Assembly: GCA_038199265.1 (NCBI GenBank)
Contig: JBBPZD010000113.1
Span: forward strand, 1 to 63,956
Direction: 5' to 3'
Source of the DNA: Actinomycetales bacterium
GTDB taxonomy: Bacteria; Actinomycetota; Actinomycetes; Actinomycetales; Dermatophilaceae
DNA: 63,956 nucleotides
Below the pieces are notes generated by a model. That model had not been told where the DNA came from. It searched no databases and saw only the letters and a program-made list of their open reading frames with translations. Position 1 is the first letter of the stretch. Each line of letters opens with the position of its first letter. Both the position numbers and the translations under genes were made by a program. Below are positions 9,824 to 20,197 of the stretch, in pieces.

Positions 9824-11047
9824 ATGAATCCCTTCGCAGCGCTCCTTCTCGGCGTCGCCCTCGGGGCACTGCTCACAGCGCTCTACCTCCGGTTGCTCTA
9901 CACGGGCCGGACGCTGTCGGTCACGACTGAGCGAGATCTGCTGCGACAGCGCATCACCGATTTGGAGATTGCAGAACGCGAGGACCAGCGCACGGCAGGA
10001 GTGCTCACACCGCTGGGCGAGACCCTCTTGCGCGTCGAGCGGCAGGTTGCAGTGCTCGAACGCGACCGGATCGAGCAGTGGGGTGAGTTGGGGGCCCGGC
10101 TGGACCAGGTCGGCGACAGTACGGCCCGTCTACAGCGAGAGACCGCTTCGCTGGCCGGGGCGTTGAAGTCCTCCAACGTCACTGGGACCTGGGGCGAGAC
10201 GCAGCTACGACGGATTCTGGAGCACGCAGGCATGTTGGCGCGCTGCGATTTCGAGGAGCAGGCCACCGTTCACTTGCGCGACGGCGGCATCGCTCGGCCC
10301 GACGTCGTTGTCCACTTGCCCGGTGACCGGATCCTCGTCATCGACAGCAAAGCACCGTTGACCTCTTACCTGACCGCACAGCAGGACGGGCTGGACATCA
10401 CCGCTCGCGAAGCCGGTTTGGCGGCCCATTCGCGCGCGCTGAGCAAACATCTGGACGCGTTGGCGTCCAAGGCCTACTGGACTGCGTTCCGTCAGTCCCC
10501 AGAGATGGTCGTGGCCTTCATTCCCTCCGATGCCGTCCTGTCAGCAGCACTGCTCGCCGATCCGGCGATTTTCGAACGATCAATGGCGCGAAAGGTCGTG
10601 CTCGCCTCCCCCAGCACCCTCTTGGCGTTGTTGCGCACCGTCGCCTTCAGCTGGCAACACGATGATCTGCGCACGAACGCAGCTGAACTGTTGGAGCTGG
10701 GAAAGAGCCTGTACGAACGGCTCGCGACACTCGGCAAGCACACCGACAAGCTCGGCGGTTCCCTCAAACGGTCTGTCGAGGCATACAACGCCCTGCTCGG
10801 CACACTGGAGAGTCGAGTGCTCGTCACGGCCCGGAAGATGCATGAGTTGGGCCTGGCCGACACCCCTGCACCGACGCCGCTACCCATCGACACCGCTATC
10901 CGACCGATGACTGCGCGCGAACTCATCGACGCAGTAGACACCGACATCTCAGACAGCGGAGAGGTAACCCGTCCTCAGCTGGATTTCCGCACCGGATCGC
11001 GGAAAAGTTCAGGGGATGACGCTCAGCGCTCGGCTCCGGCGTCGTGA
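9824..11047 (+). CDS. rmuC: DNA recombination protein RmuC
   Basis: [24 protein letters not shown] and SPSTLLALL. Confidence 0.92.
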   Translation: MNPFAALLLGVALGALLTALYLRLLYTGRTLSVTTERDLLRQRITDLEIAEREDQRTAGVLTPLGETLLRVERQVAVLERDRIEQWGELGARLDQVGDSTARLQRETASLAGALKSSNVTGTWGETQLRRILEHAGMLARCDFEEQATVHLRDGGIARPDVVVHLPGDRILVIDSKAPLTSYLTAQQDGLDITAREAGLAAHSRALSKHLDALASKAYWTAFRQSPEMVVAFIPSDAVLSAALLADPAIFERSMARKVVLASPSTLLALLRTVAFSWQHDDLRTNAAELLELGKSLYERLATLGKHTDKLGGSLKRSVEAYNALLGTLESRVLVTARKMHELGLADTPAPTPLPIDTAIRPMTARELIDAVDTDISDSGEVTRPQLDFRTGSRKSSGDDAQRSAPAS

Positions 11048-12048
11048 CGCACCTTGTCATCGGTTCTGCCCGCACGCTTGAGGTCCCGACGAATTTCGTT
11101 GGGCAGCGAGAACAGCAGACTCTCGGTAGCTGCGGTCACCGGGACGACGTCGTCGTAACCCCGCTCGGCAAGGTAGTCGAGCACTTCCCGCACCAGAAGT
11201 TCAGGCACCGAGGCGCCGGAGGTCACACCCACCGTTCCGACACCGTCCAACCACCGCTCGTCGATCTCGTCGGCGTAGTCCACCAGGTGCCCGGCTCGAG
11301 AGCCGTGCTCCAGAGCTACTTCGACCAATCGAACGGAGTTGGAGGAATTGCGACTGCCGACCACGATCATCAGATCGAGATCGGGCGCCATCTGTTTGAC
11401 GGCCAACTGGCGGTTCTGGGTGGCGTAGCAGATGTCGTCCGAGGGCGGGTCCTGCAGTTTCGGGAACTTCTCACGCAGCCGCCGGACGGTTTCCATCGTT
11501 TCGTCCACCGACAGCGTGGTCTGAGAAAGCCACACGATCTTCTCCGGGTCGCGAACCGTGACCCGCTCGACCTCCTCGGGGCTCTGTACCAGAGTGATGT
11601 GATCGGGCGCTTCCCCCGCCGTACCGACTACTTCCTCGTGGCCCTCGTGCCCTATCAGCAGGATGTCGTAATCCTCGCTGGCGAACCGGGTCGCCTCCCG
11701 GTGCACCTTGGTCACCAGCGGACACGTTGCGTCGATGGTCTTCAGATTCAGAGCCGCAGCTTCCTCGTGCACCACCGGCGCAACTCCGTGCGCGGAGAAG
11801 ATGACAGTGGCGCCCTCAGGTACCTCGTCGGTCTCATTCACGAAGATCGCCCCGCGCTTTTGCAGCGTGGTCACAACATGCTTGTTGTGCACGATTTCCT
11901 TGCGCACATAGACGGGTGCACCGTACAGCTCCAGCGCTTTCTCGACGGTGATGACGGCTCTGTCGACGCCCGCGCAGTACCCCCGCGGCGCCGCGAGCAG
12001 GACCCGCTTCTGGAGAATGGGTGCAGTGGCCGTGGGAGTGCTGGTCAT
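11023..12048 (-). CDS. ispH: 4-hydroxy-3-methylbut-2-enyl diphosphate reductase
   Basis: [31 protein letters not shown] and SSN. Confidence 0.97.
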   Translation of the reverse strand: MTSTPTATAPILQKRVLLAAPRGYCAGVDRAVITVEKALELYGAPVYVRKEIVHNKHVVTTLQKRGAIFVNETDEVPEGATVIFSAHGVAPVVHEEAAALNLKTIDATCPLVTKVHREATRFASEDYDILLIGHEGHEEVVGTAGEAPDHITLVQSPEEVERVTVRDPEKIVWLSQTTLSVDETMETVRRLREKFPKLQDPPSDDICYATQNRQLAVKQMAPDLDLMIVVGSRNSSNSVRLVEVALEHGSRAGHLVDYADEIDERWLDGVGTVGVTSGASVPELLVREVLDYLAERGYDDVVPVTAATESLLFSLPNEIRRDLKRAGRTDDKVRHDAGAER

Positions 12049-12140
12049 GCCCCCGAGTCTACGGAGGTACCCAAGCCCGCTCGCCTGCGCCCGCGCGGTC
12101 AGGCACCTCGACGGGCCCGCACACGGCCTACGGTGGCAGC

Positions 12141-13388
12141 GTGAGTGCCCCTTTACCTGAGAAGGCCGCCGACACCACGGCCGAACGACCCTGGCCGGTA
12201 CGCACCCTGTCGGTGCGCATCAGCGACTACGTCGACAAGATGTCGGCCCTCTGGGTCGAGGGTCAGATCGTCCAACTGCAGCGACGACCAGGCGCCCCGA
12301 CCTGCTTTGTGACGTTGCGTGATCCGGATGTCGACATGTCCTTGTCCGTGACCGTGCACGTCAACACGCTGGACGCGATGGGTCCCGGCATCGGCCCGGG
12401 GGCACGTGTGGTGGTGCAGGCAAAACCCACGTTCTGGACCAAACGCGGAACGTTGCAACTCGACGCACGTCAGATGCGTCCGGTTGGCGTGGGTGATCTG
12501 CTGCTGCGCCTGGAGCACCTCAAACAGTTGCTGCGCAGCGAGGGGCTCTTCGACGATCGGCGCAAACGGCCATTGCCGTTCCTGCCCCGCACCGTGGGCC
12601 TCATCTGTGGGCGATCGAGCGCGGCCGAGAAAGACGTGGTCGAGAACACGCTGCTGCGCTGGCCCGCCACTCGCTTCCGGATCAAACAGGTCGCCGTGCA
12701 GGGCCCGGGCACCGTCGAACAGGTCAGCTCGGCCCTCGCCGAACTGGATGCTGCCCCTGACGTCGACGTCATCGTGATCGCCCGCGGCGGCGGGGCCTTC
12801 GAGGACCTCCTCCCGTTCAGCAACGAGGCGCTCTTGCGCGCAGTTGCGGCCACGCACACGCCCGTCGTCAGCGCCATCGGTCACGACGTCGACACTCCCC
12901 TGCTCGACTTCGTCGCTGATCTACGTGCGTCGACCCCCACCGATGCTGCTCGGCGCATAGTGCCTGACCTGCGTGAGCAACATGCGGAACTCGATGCGCT
13001 GCTCCTGCGCGCTGCTCGATCGTTACGGCACCATGCAGCCATCGAACGCCGACAGCTCGATCAGCTGTGTTCGGCCCCCGCGCTCATCGATCCGCTGGGA
13101 ATGGTCTCTGGTCGGCGCGAGGTAATACAGCAGTTACAGGATCGGTCGCGGTCTGTGTTGGTGCGACGTATCGAACGCGCCGCCGACCAGGTCGCACTGC
13201 TGGTAGGTCAGCTGCGGACCCTGTCCCCGTTGGACGTGCTCCAGCGCGGGTACGCCGTTGTGCGCACCCAGGACGGCGACGTGGTCATGGACGTCGATCA
13301 GGTGGCGCCGCAGGACCTGCTGCGTGTGACCGTCGCACGCGGTGACTTTGCCGTACGCCCCGTCAGCTTGTCCCGAGCAACCGAATGA
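12141..13388 (+). CDS. xseA: Exodeoxyribonuclease VII large subunit
   Basis: WVEGQI, ARGGG, SAIGH and ASTPT; GTG start at 12141. Confidence 0.95.
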   Translation: MSAPLPEKAADTTAERPWPVRTLSVRISDYVDKMSALWVEGQIVQLQRRPGAPTCFVTLRDPDVDMSLSVTVHVNTLDAMGPGIGPGARVVVQAKPTFWTKRGTLQLDARQMRPVGVGDLLLRLEHLKQLLRSEGLFDDRRKRPLPFLPRTVGLICGRSSAAEKDVVENTLLRWPATRFRIKQVAVQGPGTVEQVSSALAELDAAPDVDVIVIARGGGAFEDLLPFSNEALLRAVAATHTPVVSAIGHDVDTPLLDFVADLRASTPTDAARRIVPDLREQHAELDALLLRAARSLRHHAAIERRQLDQLCSAPALIDPLGMVSGRREVIQQLQDRSRSVLVRRIERAADQVALLVGQLRTLSPLDVLQRGYAVVRTQDGDVVMDVDQVAPQDLLRVTVARGDFAVRPVSLSRATE

Positions 13389-13437
13389 AGCCCGTGTTCC
13401 TACCACCACTGACCCTGGAAGAACTGGAGCGCTAGAA

Positions 13438-13704
13438 ATGGCCACTGGAGAACAGACCGACGACGCCGCCCGACCCAACCCCACCGACAACGTCGAATCG
13501 GCACATGCTGATATCCCTGACCTCGGTTACGAGGGTGCGCGTGACCAGCTCGCTGCACTGGTGTCCCGTCTGGAGAGTGGGCAGCCGAGCCTCGAGGAGA
13601 GCATGCGCCTGTGGGAGCGCGGCGAAGCCCTCGCTGCGCATTGCAACAAGTGGCTCGCTGACGCCGAGCAACGCATCGACGCGATGACCGTAGACCGGGG
13701 CTGA
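13438..13704 (+). CDS. xseB: Exodeoxyribonuclease VII small subunit
   Basis: YEGARDQL..LE.G..LEESMRLWERGE; follows xseA. Confidence 0.92.
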   Translation: MATGEQTDDAARPNPTDNVESAHADIPDLGYEGARDQLAALVSRLESGQPSLEESMRLWERGEALAAHCNKWLADAEQRIDAMTVDRG

Positions 13705-13850
13705 CGCCCTGACCGATTTCGGCGAGAAATGTCTGGCAGAACAACTTACTAGTCGGTGACCTCCAGTGTCGAGGCGTTGTCCGACGAACAGGTTTGGAGC
13801 ATTATTCTCACTGACCTGCGTCCACGCCGGTCGCCGACGAAGGAGAGACC

Positions 13851-14006
13851 ATGGCAGAAAACAAGGATGGAAGCCCGGAAGCACGCCAAGAAGTTCAGAA
13901 CAACCTCATGCCCGAGCCCACGTCCCAGCAAGAGGCCGGGGAAGAGGCCGCATCCAAGGCTTCGCCGGACTTCCCGTCGGAGCCGGAGGAAACAAGCGGG
14001 GAGTGA
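13851..14006 (+). CDS. Small acidic hypothetical protein (51 aa)
   Basis: AAGGAG RBS, then MAENKDGSPEARQEVQNNLMPEPTSQQEAGEEAASKASPDFPSEPEETSGE*. Below the ORF-track cutoff. Confidence 0.55.
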   Translation: MAENKDGSPEARQEVQNNLMPEPTSQQEAGEEAASKASPDFPSEPEETSGE

Positions 14007-14292
14007 TGGCTGCGGGTTGAGGGGGGTACGCCTGATCCTGATCCTGGTCGGTGGCGATCGGCCCAGTCAGGTTTCGGGCCAGCGGTCATTCCGGCACAGG
14101 TAGCTACTCGTTCCCTACCTCGAGATAGGCCTCAGTAAGGACCTCTGAGGGACCACAGTTGGCTTCCCTCGCTGGCGGGAAACCCTTCGGGGTGTAGGCC
14201 ACACCGCTTCCGGATCCCGTCGGATTGGGCCGGGAGACAACCCCGGCGAGGGGGCCACTGGTCGCCTCGTCACATTTTGTGCCGAGGTGCGC

Positions 14293-14757
14293 ATGAACGC
14301 CACCGCATGGTCGACCTTGGTAAGCGCCGCGGCCGGTCTGATTCTTCTATGGCTGCTGCTCATCGTGGCCATGTGGCGGCTACGACCAGATGAACTGACC
14401 TTGAACGAAAGTCTGCGCCTGCTGCCGGACCTGTTGCGTTTGCTCGAGCGCCTGGCTGTTGACCCGGCCGTCCCCCGCGCTGCCCGGGTACGGCTGTGGC
14501 TGCTCCTGCTCTACCTGGCCTTCCCGTTGGACCTGATCCCGGACTTCATCCCCGTCATCGGATACGCCGACGACGCGGTGATCGTGGTGTTCGCGCTTCG
14601 ATCCGTAGTCCACCGCGCTGGTGCGCAGACCATCCGGCAACACTGGCCTGGCACTCCCCACGGCCTGACTGCAGTCCTTCAAATAGCGCGGATCGACGCT
14701 AGCGGGACCGACATCAGCCCGGCTGGCGATTCCGACACGTCAGGCAACCCGGATTGA
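14293..14757 (+). CDS. DUF1232/YkvA family membrane protein
   Basis: YLAFPLDLIPDFIPVIGYADD motif. Confidence 0.9.
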   Translation: MNATAWSTLVSAAAGLILLWLLLIVAMWRLRPDELTLNESLRLLPDLLRLLERLAVDPAVPRAARVRLWLLLLYLAFPLDLIPDFIPVIGYADDAVIVVFALRSVVHRAGAQTIRQHWPGTPHGLTAVLQIARIDASGTDISPAGDSDTSGNPD

Positions 14758-14871
14758 CCGGTTCCTGCAACGGGTTCGCGACCCACATCCCCATCGACCA
14801 GTGTCGCAAAGGCCAACCGGATACGGGAACTCCTCACGCATTCTGCCGGCGGGCAGCCTAGGGTCCCCCAT

Positions 14872-15177
14872 ATGACAGTCAAATTGGTCGTCCTCTATAC
14901 CCAGCCCGACGACACCGACGCGTTCGACGAGCACTACCTCGGCAAGCACGGACCACTGGTGGACACGGTCCCCGGTCTCGAACGTTGGGAGGGCGCCGTG
15001 TTCATCGCCGCAGCCGATGACGGCGAGCAGACCTACCACCGGATGGCCGAGCTGTACTTCACCGACGAGGATGCGATGCAGGCTGCCCTGGCCTCCGACG
15101 AAGGTAAGGCGACCGCCGGGGACTACCAGCAGATCGCCCCGCCCGGATCACGGATGTTGGTCGCCAAAGTCGACTGA
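14872..15177 (+). CDS. EthD family protein
   Basis: KLVVLY..P.D..AFDEHY...H.PLV..VPGL...AELYF pattern. Confidence 0.85.
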   Translation: MTVKLVVLYTQPDDTDAFDEHYLGKHGPLVDTVPGLERWEGAVFIAAADDGEQTYHRMAELYFTDEDAMQAALASDEGKATAGDYQQIAPPGSRMLVAKVD

Positions 15178-15294
15178 TACCCGCAGCACTGCGCAGCTGA
15201 CAGTAGGTCCTGAGGCCGATCAAGGGTTGCCGTGGCGTTCACGGTTCAACCGTGGGTCATGAGGGGCTCGGTTCGGGACTTCGCGGGCGGTGAC

Positions 15295-16389
15295 CTAGTG
15301 ACCCTCCGAGTCGGCGACGCTCTCGGCAGCCCTGAGCACGCGCAGAACGTTGCCGCCGGCGAGCTTGGTCAGATCGGTGCTGGACCAGCCGCGGTCGGCG
15401 AGGGCAGTGAACAGACGCGGATACGCGGCCACGTCCTCCAAGCCCTGCGGCATGGTCTCGTTGCCCATGTAGTCACCCCCGATGCCGACATGCCGGACGC
15501 CGACCACATCCCGCACATGCTCGATGTGCGTGACCACCTGAGCCAAGGTAGCGATCGGCGGCGGCGTCAACTCGGTCAACCGTGTCATCAGCAAGTCGTA
15601 AGCCGCCGTTCCCTTGCGCAGCCCACGGCGCCGAGCCTCGGACTTGGCCTCAGCGTTCCATTCGGCAACCGCAGGCGAGACGAAAGCGGGCAGAAACGTC
15701 ACCATGCAGACGCCGTCGTTCTTGGCCAACGCCACCAGGACGTCGTCGGGCACGTTGCGTGGGTGGTCGCAGACTGCCCTCGCTGAGGAGTGACTGAAGA
15801 TCGCCGGCGCGGCGGTTACCCGCAGCGCGTGCCGCATGACGTCGGCTGACACGTGCGACAGATCGACCAGCATGCCGAGGCGGTTCATCTCGCGCACTAC
15901 CTCCTCGCCGAACAGCGACAATCCGTGCAACACCGGCTCGTCGGTCGCTGAGTCGGCCCACGGCACGTTCCTGTTGTGCGTCAGCGTCAGATAGCGCACC
16001 CCCAATGCGCGCATCATGCGTAGGACCGCCAAAGATCCGTTGATGCAGTGGCCGCCCTCCATACCCAGCAGCGATGCGATCCGGTTTCCGGAGGCCTCGA
16101 CCTGGTCGGCGGTCGTCGCCAGCACCAGTCGGTCGGGGTAGCGGGTCACGAGGCGCCGGACGAAGTCGATCTGCTCCAGTGTGGCGACGACCGCTGCAGC
16201 ACCGGCAAAGAGATCCGGGGGTACGTACACCGACCAGAACTGTCCACCCACCCCGCCGGCATCGAGTCGCGCCAGATCGGTGTGCAGATCCGGGACGATC
16301 TGCGTCAGGTCAACGGCGCCCAGATCGGCGTCGTACTGCTGGCGCATCGCCCAGGCAAGATCGTTGTGGCCGTCGATCAGCATCGTCAC
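15295..16389 (-). CDS. Membrane dipeptidase (peptidase M19, renal-dipeptidase family)
   Basis: DGHNDL, GMEGGH, YLTLTH, VDLSH, FSHS, RNVPD and GIGGDY. Confidence 0.93.
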   Translation of the reverse strand: MTMLIDGHNDLAWAMRQQYDADLGAVDLTQIVPDLHTDLARLDAGGVGGQFWSVYVPPDLFAGAAAVVATLEQIDFVRRLVTRYPDRLVLATTADQVEASGNRIASLLGMEGGHCINGSLAVLRMMRALGVRYLTLTHNRNVPWADSATDEPVLHGLSLFGEEVVREMNRLGMLVDLSHVSADVMRHALRVTAAPAIFSHSSARAVCDHPRNVPDDVLVALAKNDGVCMVTFLPAFVSPAVAEWNAEAKSEARRRGLRKGTAAYDLLMTRLTELTPPPIATLAQVVTHIEHVRDVVGVRHVGIGGDYMGNETMPQGLEDVAAYPRLFTALADRGWSSTDLTKLAGGNVLRVLRAAESVADSEGH

Positions 16390-16641
16390 TTCTCCTACAT
16401 TTGCAGTCTGTTCGACCGGTACGTCTCACCGCGCGCATCGCACATCTCGTCCGCCTGAGGCTGCGCCGTGGACAAGGGCTTTCGCACTAGTCGAACACGA
16501 CCGACAGTACGTCCCGGACTGACTGCGCTCACCATGGTCGGCGACGGCATCGACTGTCTCCTCGGCACGCTCGACGGGTCGGTCATCCTCGTCTTCGCGG
16601 CTTCGGTCTCGGACAGCCGGATGGTCGTCCCCTCGGGTCGA

Positions 16642-16795
16642 TGTGATCCACGTCTCATGACGAACGGCGCTCTGCGACGAGCGAGCGGCGGGGTGGGACG
16701 GTCCGACGGTGATACCTGTCCCCCGGGGTCCAGGCGGCATACGGTGATTTCACGCCCGGCTCGAACGAGGTGCTCGGACAGCCGAGTGGATCCAG
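16642..16795 (+). promoter_or_regulatory. Promoter/operator copy 1: CRP-like site, phased LytTR-type repeats and TACGGT -10
   Basis: TGTGA-N6-TCTCA (16642-57); GACGAACGGC, AGCGAGCGGC and GTCCGACGGT at 21-bp period (16659, 16680, 16701); TACGGT at 16740. Homologous to 26113-26271 on the minus strand. Confidence 0.7.
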
Positions 16796-16861
16796 ATCTC
16801 GGGTGCGCACAGATGTGTCTAACCCGTGAGAAATTTCCCAGTTGAGGAAGTGGTGTGTCCG

Positions 16862-17332
16862 ATGACGGTAGTTGCAGAACCATCAAAACGAGCCGACCTT
16901 ATCGCCGAGCTCGGTCTGGACAGGCAGAACAAGGCATCCATCGGTCGAGTGTTGTCGACCGGAAACATCGCTGAGGCCACCGAGCGCGCCGACGGCACGA
17001 TGGAGGCGACGATCCGGATCACCGAAGACGAGTGCATCTGGGACCCGGCGATCCTGGTCCTCCCCCATGGCGGCGACCTCGAATTGACGGTCATCAACGA
17101 TGACACGAACACCCACTCCTGCCTGCTGCCCAGCAATGGCGACATGAAGTTCCTGTGGCTGTTGAACCACTCCAGGGGTACGGCTTCACTCAACCTGGAC
17201 GGCCCGGGCTACTACTGGTACAGCTCACCAGGCGGCAACGACGAGGGCCGCGGTCTGACAGCAGCGATCGTCGTCCGCGGCGAAGTCCCGCCAGAGGCCC
17301 GTCTCGACCGACCTGCTCAGCCCCGTCCGTAG
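16862..17332 (+). CDS. PQQ-associated cupredoxin-like protein (MSMEG_3727-like family)
   Basis: Cupredoxin-like strand pattern (WDPAILVLP..GDLELTVINDD..TH, PGYYWY...GL...IVV); directly upstream of the PQQ dehydrogenase. Confidence 0.75.
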   Translation: MTVVAEPSKRADLIAELGLDRQNKASIGRVLSTGNIAEATERADGTMEATIRITEDECIWDPAILVLPHGGDLELTVINDDTNTHSCLLPSNGDMKFLWLLNHSRGTASLNLDGPGYYWYSSPGGNDEGRGLTAAIVVRGEVPPEARLDRPAQPRP

Positions 17333-17347
17333 AAAGGCATCGAAGCG

Positions 17348-19054
17348 ATGACCATCGAATATGTGGAAGCACCAGAGGACTATGTGGACGCCGGTAAGGC
17401 GATCAACCACACTGCGCTGAGCGACGTACCCGGCACCGCGCCTGCAACGAGCACCGTCAATTACGACCGCCTTCTCGACGCCCGTTCGGAATCCCACAAC
17501 TGGATGACGTACTACGGCGCGTACGACGGTCAGCGGTACAGCCTGCTGGACCAGATCAACACCGAGACCGTGAAGAAAATCAGTCCGGCCTGGATTTTCC
17601 AGGCGGGCAGTGCCGGACAAATCGCAGGCTCATCGACGTACGCGTTCGAGGCCTGTCCGGTGATCGTGGACGGTGTCATGTACGTCACCGGCTGGGATGG
17701 CCACTTCTGGGCTCTCGACGCGGCCACCGGTAAGGAACTGTGGCGATACAAGCATGCGGTGCCTTTCGATGTGTCGCTGTGCTGCGGCAACGTCAACCGC
17801 GGTTGTGCCGTCGCAAACGGGAAGGTCTACTTCGTGACCCCGAACGCCCAGTTGCTGGCGTTGGACGCCACCAACGGCGAGACGGTCTGGAAGCGGACGA
17901 TCGGTGACGTACGCGCGGGTGAGAGTGCCTCCCTGGCTCCGCTGGTCGTCAAAGACATGCTGATCACCGGTAGCGCTGGCGGCGAGTTCGGGGTGCGTGG
18001 CCACATCGACTGCTGGGACCTGGAGACCGGTGAACAGCGCTGGCGCACCTACACAGTGCCCAAGCCTGGCGAGCCAGGCTCGGAGACCTGGCCGGATGAC
18101 GGTGAAGCGTGGCAGCGCGGCGGTGCTAACCACTGGGTGACCGGCACGTACGACCCGGAGACGAACCTGTACTACGCGGGCACCGGTAACCCGGCACCCG
18201 ATTTCGACGGTGACATCCGCCCCGGAGACAACCTCTACACCGACAGTGTGGTCGCTCTGAACGTCGATACGGGTGAGATCACCTGGCACTACCAGTTCAC
18301 TCCGCACGACCTGTGGGACTACGACTCCACGATGGAAATGACGTTGTTCGAACGGGACGGCAAGAAGTTACTGGGCCACTTCGACAAGAATGGCTACTTC
18401 TTCGTGCTGGACCGCACCAACGGCGAGCTACAGCACGTCACTCCATTCGTGGACCGGATCGACTGGGGAGTCATCACCCGCGACGGCAAGGTGACCCCCC
18501 GCAAATACCCGGACAAAGAGGGCGAGCCCGTCCACTTCTACCCCGGCCCGGCTGGTGCCAAGGAATGGACCCACGCGGCGTACAGCCAGAAGACGGAGAT
18601 GTTCTACGTCCCCGTCGCCGACGTGGGCGCTACCGCCACCCGGCGCCGCAGGGAGTTCAAAGAGGGCATGCCCTACTGGGGCGCTGCCGTTGCCGTGGAC
18701 ATCGACGACATGTCCGGGTCGGTCAGCGCTTTCGATACCCACGGTGAGGAGAAGTGGCGTCACCGCATCGACTACCCGATGGCCGCATCCGTACTCGCGA
18801 CCGCAGGCGACCTGGTGTTCGCCGGCACTCCCACCGGTGAGTTCCTCGCACTGGATTCCCGTACCGGTGAGAAGCTCTGGGAGTTCCAGTGCGGCAGCGG
18901 TCACCACAGCAGCCCTTCGACCTACAGCGTCGACGGCAGGCAGTACGTTGTCGTGCCAGTCGGCTGGGGGGGATGGCTCGAAGGCATCATTCCTGGAATG
19001 CTCGGCGCCGGTCACGGCAGCGCCTTGATCGCCTTCGCCCTGCCTGAGGCGTAA
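17348..19054 (+). CDS. PQQ-dependent alcohol dehydrogenase, methanol/ethanol family, no signal peptide
   Basis: RYSLLDQIN, vicinal CC in LCCGNVNRG, GGEFGVRG, GTGNPAP, HDLWDYD, repeated ALDA.TG..LW beta-propeller motifs, TYSVDGRQYV. Confidence 0.95.
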   Translation: MTIEYVEAPEDYVDAGKAINHTALSDVPGTAPATSTVNYDRLLDARSESHNWMTYYGAYDGQRYSLLDQINTETVKKISPAWIFQAGSAGQIAGSSTYAFEACPVIVDGVMYVTGWDGHFWALDAATGKELWRYKHAVPFDVSLCCGNVNRGCAVANGKVYFVTPNAQLLALDATNGETVWKRTIGDVRAGESASLAPLVVKDMLITGSAGGEFGVRGHIDCWDLETGEQRWRTYTVPKPGEPGSETWPDDGEAWQRGGANHWVTGTYDPETNLYYAGTGNPAPDFDGDIRPGDNLYTDSVVALNVDTGEITWHYQFTPHDLWDYDSTMEMTLFERDGKKLLGHFDKNGYFFVLDRTNGELQHVTPFVDRIDWGVITRDGKVTPRKYPDKEGEPVHFYPGPAGAKEWTHAAYSQKTEMFYVPVADVGATATRRRREFKEGMPYWGAAVAVDIDDMSGSVSAFDTHGEEKWRHRIDYPMAASVLATAGDLVFAGTPTGEFLALDSRTGEKLWEFQCGSGHHSSPSTYSVDGRQYVVVPVGWGGWLEGIIPGMLGAGHGSALIAFALPEA

Positions 19055-19125
19055 TCGCTTCTCTGCAGTCGGTGGTGACCAATACTGATCACCACTGTCC
19101 ACGTACCGAAAGAAGGAGAAACTCA

Positions 19126-19221
19126 ATGGTCGAAACTCTGCAGCAGTGGGTGTCCCCCACTGTTACCCAGATCCGGGTGTCTGCCGAAGTCACCGCCTAC
19201 GTGGCTACCTCGGACAACTAG
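19126..19221 (+). CDS. pqqA: PQQ precursor peptide PqqA, copy 1 (31 aa)
   Basis: AGAAGGAG RBS; MVETLQQWVSPTVTQIRVSAEVTAYVATSDN with W..P and E-x-x-x-Y; immediately before pqqB. Not in the ORF track. Confidence 0.93.
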   Translation: MVETLQQWVSPTVTQIRVSAEVTAYVATSDN

Positions 19222-19227
19222 TCGAAC

Positions 19228-19270
19228 CCGACGGGGGTGTCTGGGCAATCAAGCCCGACACCCCCGTCGG
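19228..19270 (+). terminator. Stem-loop between pqqA1 and pqqB (stabiliser or partial terminator)
   Basis: Perfect 14-bp stem CCGACGGGGGTGTC/GACACCCCCGTCGG; no U-tract. Confidence 0.7.
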
Positions 19271-19295
19271 CGAGTCTGGGAAAGGGCGATCGGGG

Positions 19296-20189
19296 ATGTG
19301 GATGCGCGTGCTGGGATCAGCCGCTGGCGGGGGCTTTCCACAATGGAACTGCACCTGTCCCCCCTGTCGTGCGGTGCGTACAGGAGCACGGCCTTGCACA
19401 CCACGCACCCAGTCCTCAATCGCGGTCAGCGGTGACCGGCAGCAGTGGTATCTACTCAACGCCTCTCCGGACATTCAGTCACAGATCGAGTCTTTTCCCG
19501 CGCTGCACCCCGCGGACGGCAGGGTGGTTCGGTTGCAGGCCACACTGCTCACCGATGCCGAGCTGGACCACACGCTCGGCTTGCTCTTGATGAGGGAGGG
19601 GCGCGGACTCGAGGTGCACGCGACCGAGTCGATGTACGAGACCCTCACCACCGGAACCGGAGTGCTCCGTACGGCTGAGGCGTACTGCCCGATCACATGG
19701 AGACAGGTGGTTCCCGGTACCGAGGTGCTGCTGGGAGGGGGGCTTTCGTACCGCGCGTTCGCTGTTCCCACCAAGAAACAGCTGCGCTTCACCGGTGCTG
19801 CGGAATACGGTCGAGTCGTCGGCTACCGCATCACCGACACCGCCAGCCGTCGAAGCCTGGTCTATCTGCCGGGCGTACAGCAGCTCACTTCAAGCATTCT
19901 GAAAGAGTTCGCTGATTGCTACGCCTTGCTGGTCGATGGCACGTGCTGGAGTGATGACGAGATGCCCCGCCTCGGCCTGGCCCAGAAAACGTCGCGCGAT
20001 ATGGGGCATGTGCCGATCAACGGTCCTGGGGGCAGCCTGGAGTTGCTGTCGCCGTTGGCCATCGACCGCAAGGTCTACATCCACATCAACAACACCAACC
20101 CCATCCTGCTCGACGACTCGCCAGAACGACTGAACCTCGACCGGCATGGCATGGAAGTCGCCGTGGACGGGTTGGAAATAGAAATTTGA
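19296..20189 (+). CDS. pqqB: PQQ biosynthesis protein PqqB
   Basis: VLGSAAGGGFPQWNCTC..C, RTQSSIAVS, NASPD, DHTLGL, MGH and YIHINNTNP. Confidence 0.96.
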   Translation: MWMRVLGSAAGGGFPQWNCTCPPCRAVRTGARPCTPRTQSSIAVSGDRQQWYLLNASPDIQSQIESFPALHPADGRVVRLQATLLTDAELDHTLGLLLMREGRGLEVHATESMYETLTTGTGVLRTAEAYCPITWRQVVPGTEVLLGGGLSYRAFAVPTKKQLRFTGAAEYGRVVGYRITDTASRRSLVYLPGVQQLTSSILKEFADCYALLVDGTCWSDDEMPRLGLAQKTSRDMGHVPINGPGGSLELLSPLAIDRKVYIHINNTNPILLDDSPERLNLDRHGMEVAVDGLEIEI

Positions 20190-20197
20190 GGAGCACG

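Noticed and set aside
16468-16640. Hydrophobic stretch GLTALTMVGDGIDCLLGTLDGSVILVFAASV, a possible gene remnant
   Set aside because: No RBS or recognisable family, and the ORF runs through the promoter region.
19146-19295. N-terminal extension of PqqB in the ORF track
   Set aside because: It overlaps pqqA1 and the hairpin. PqqB homology starts at ATG 19296.
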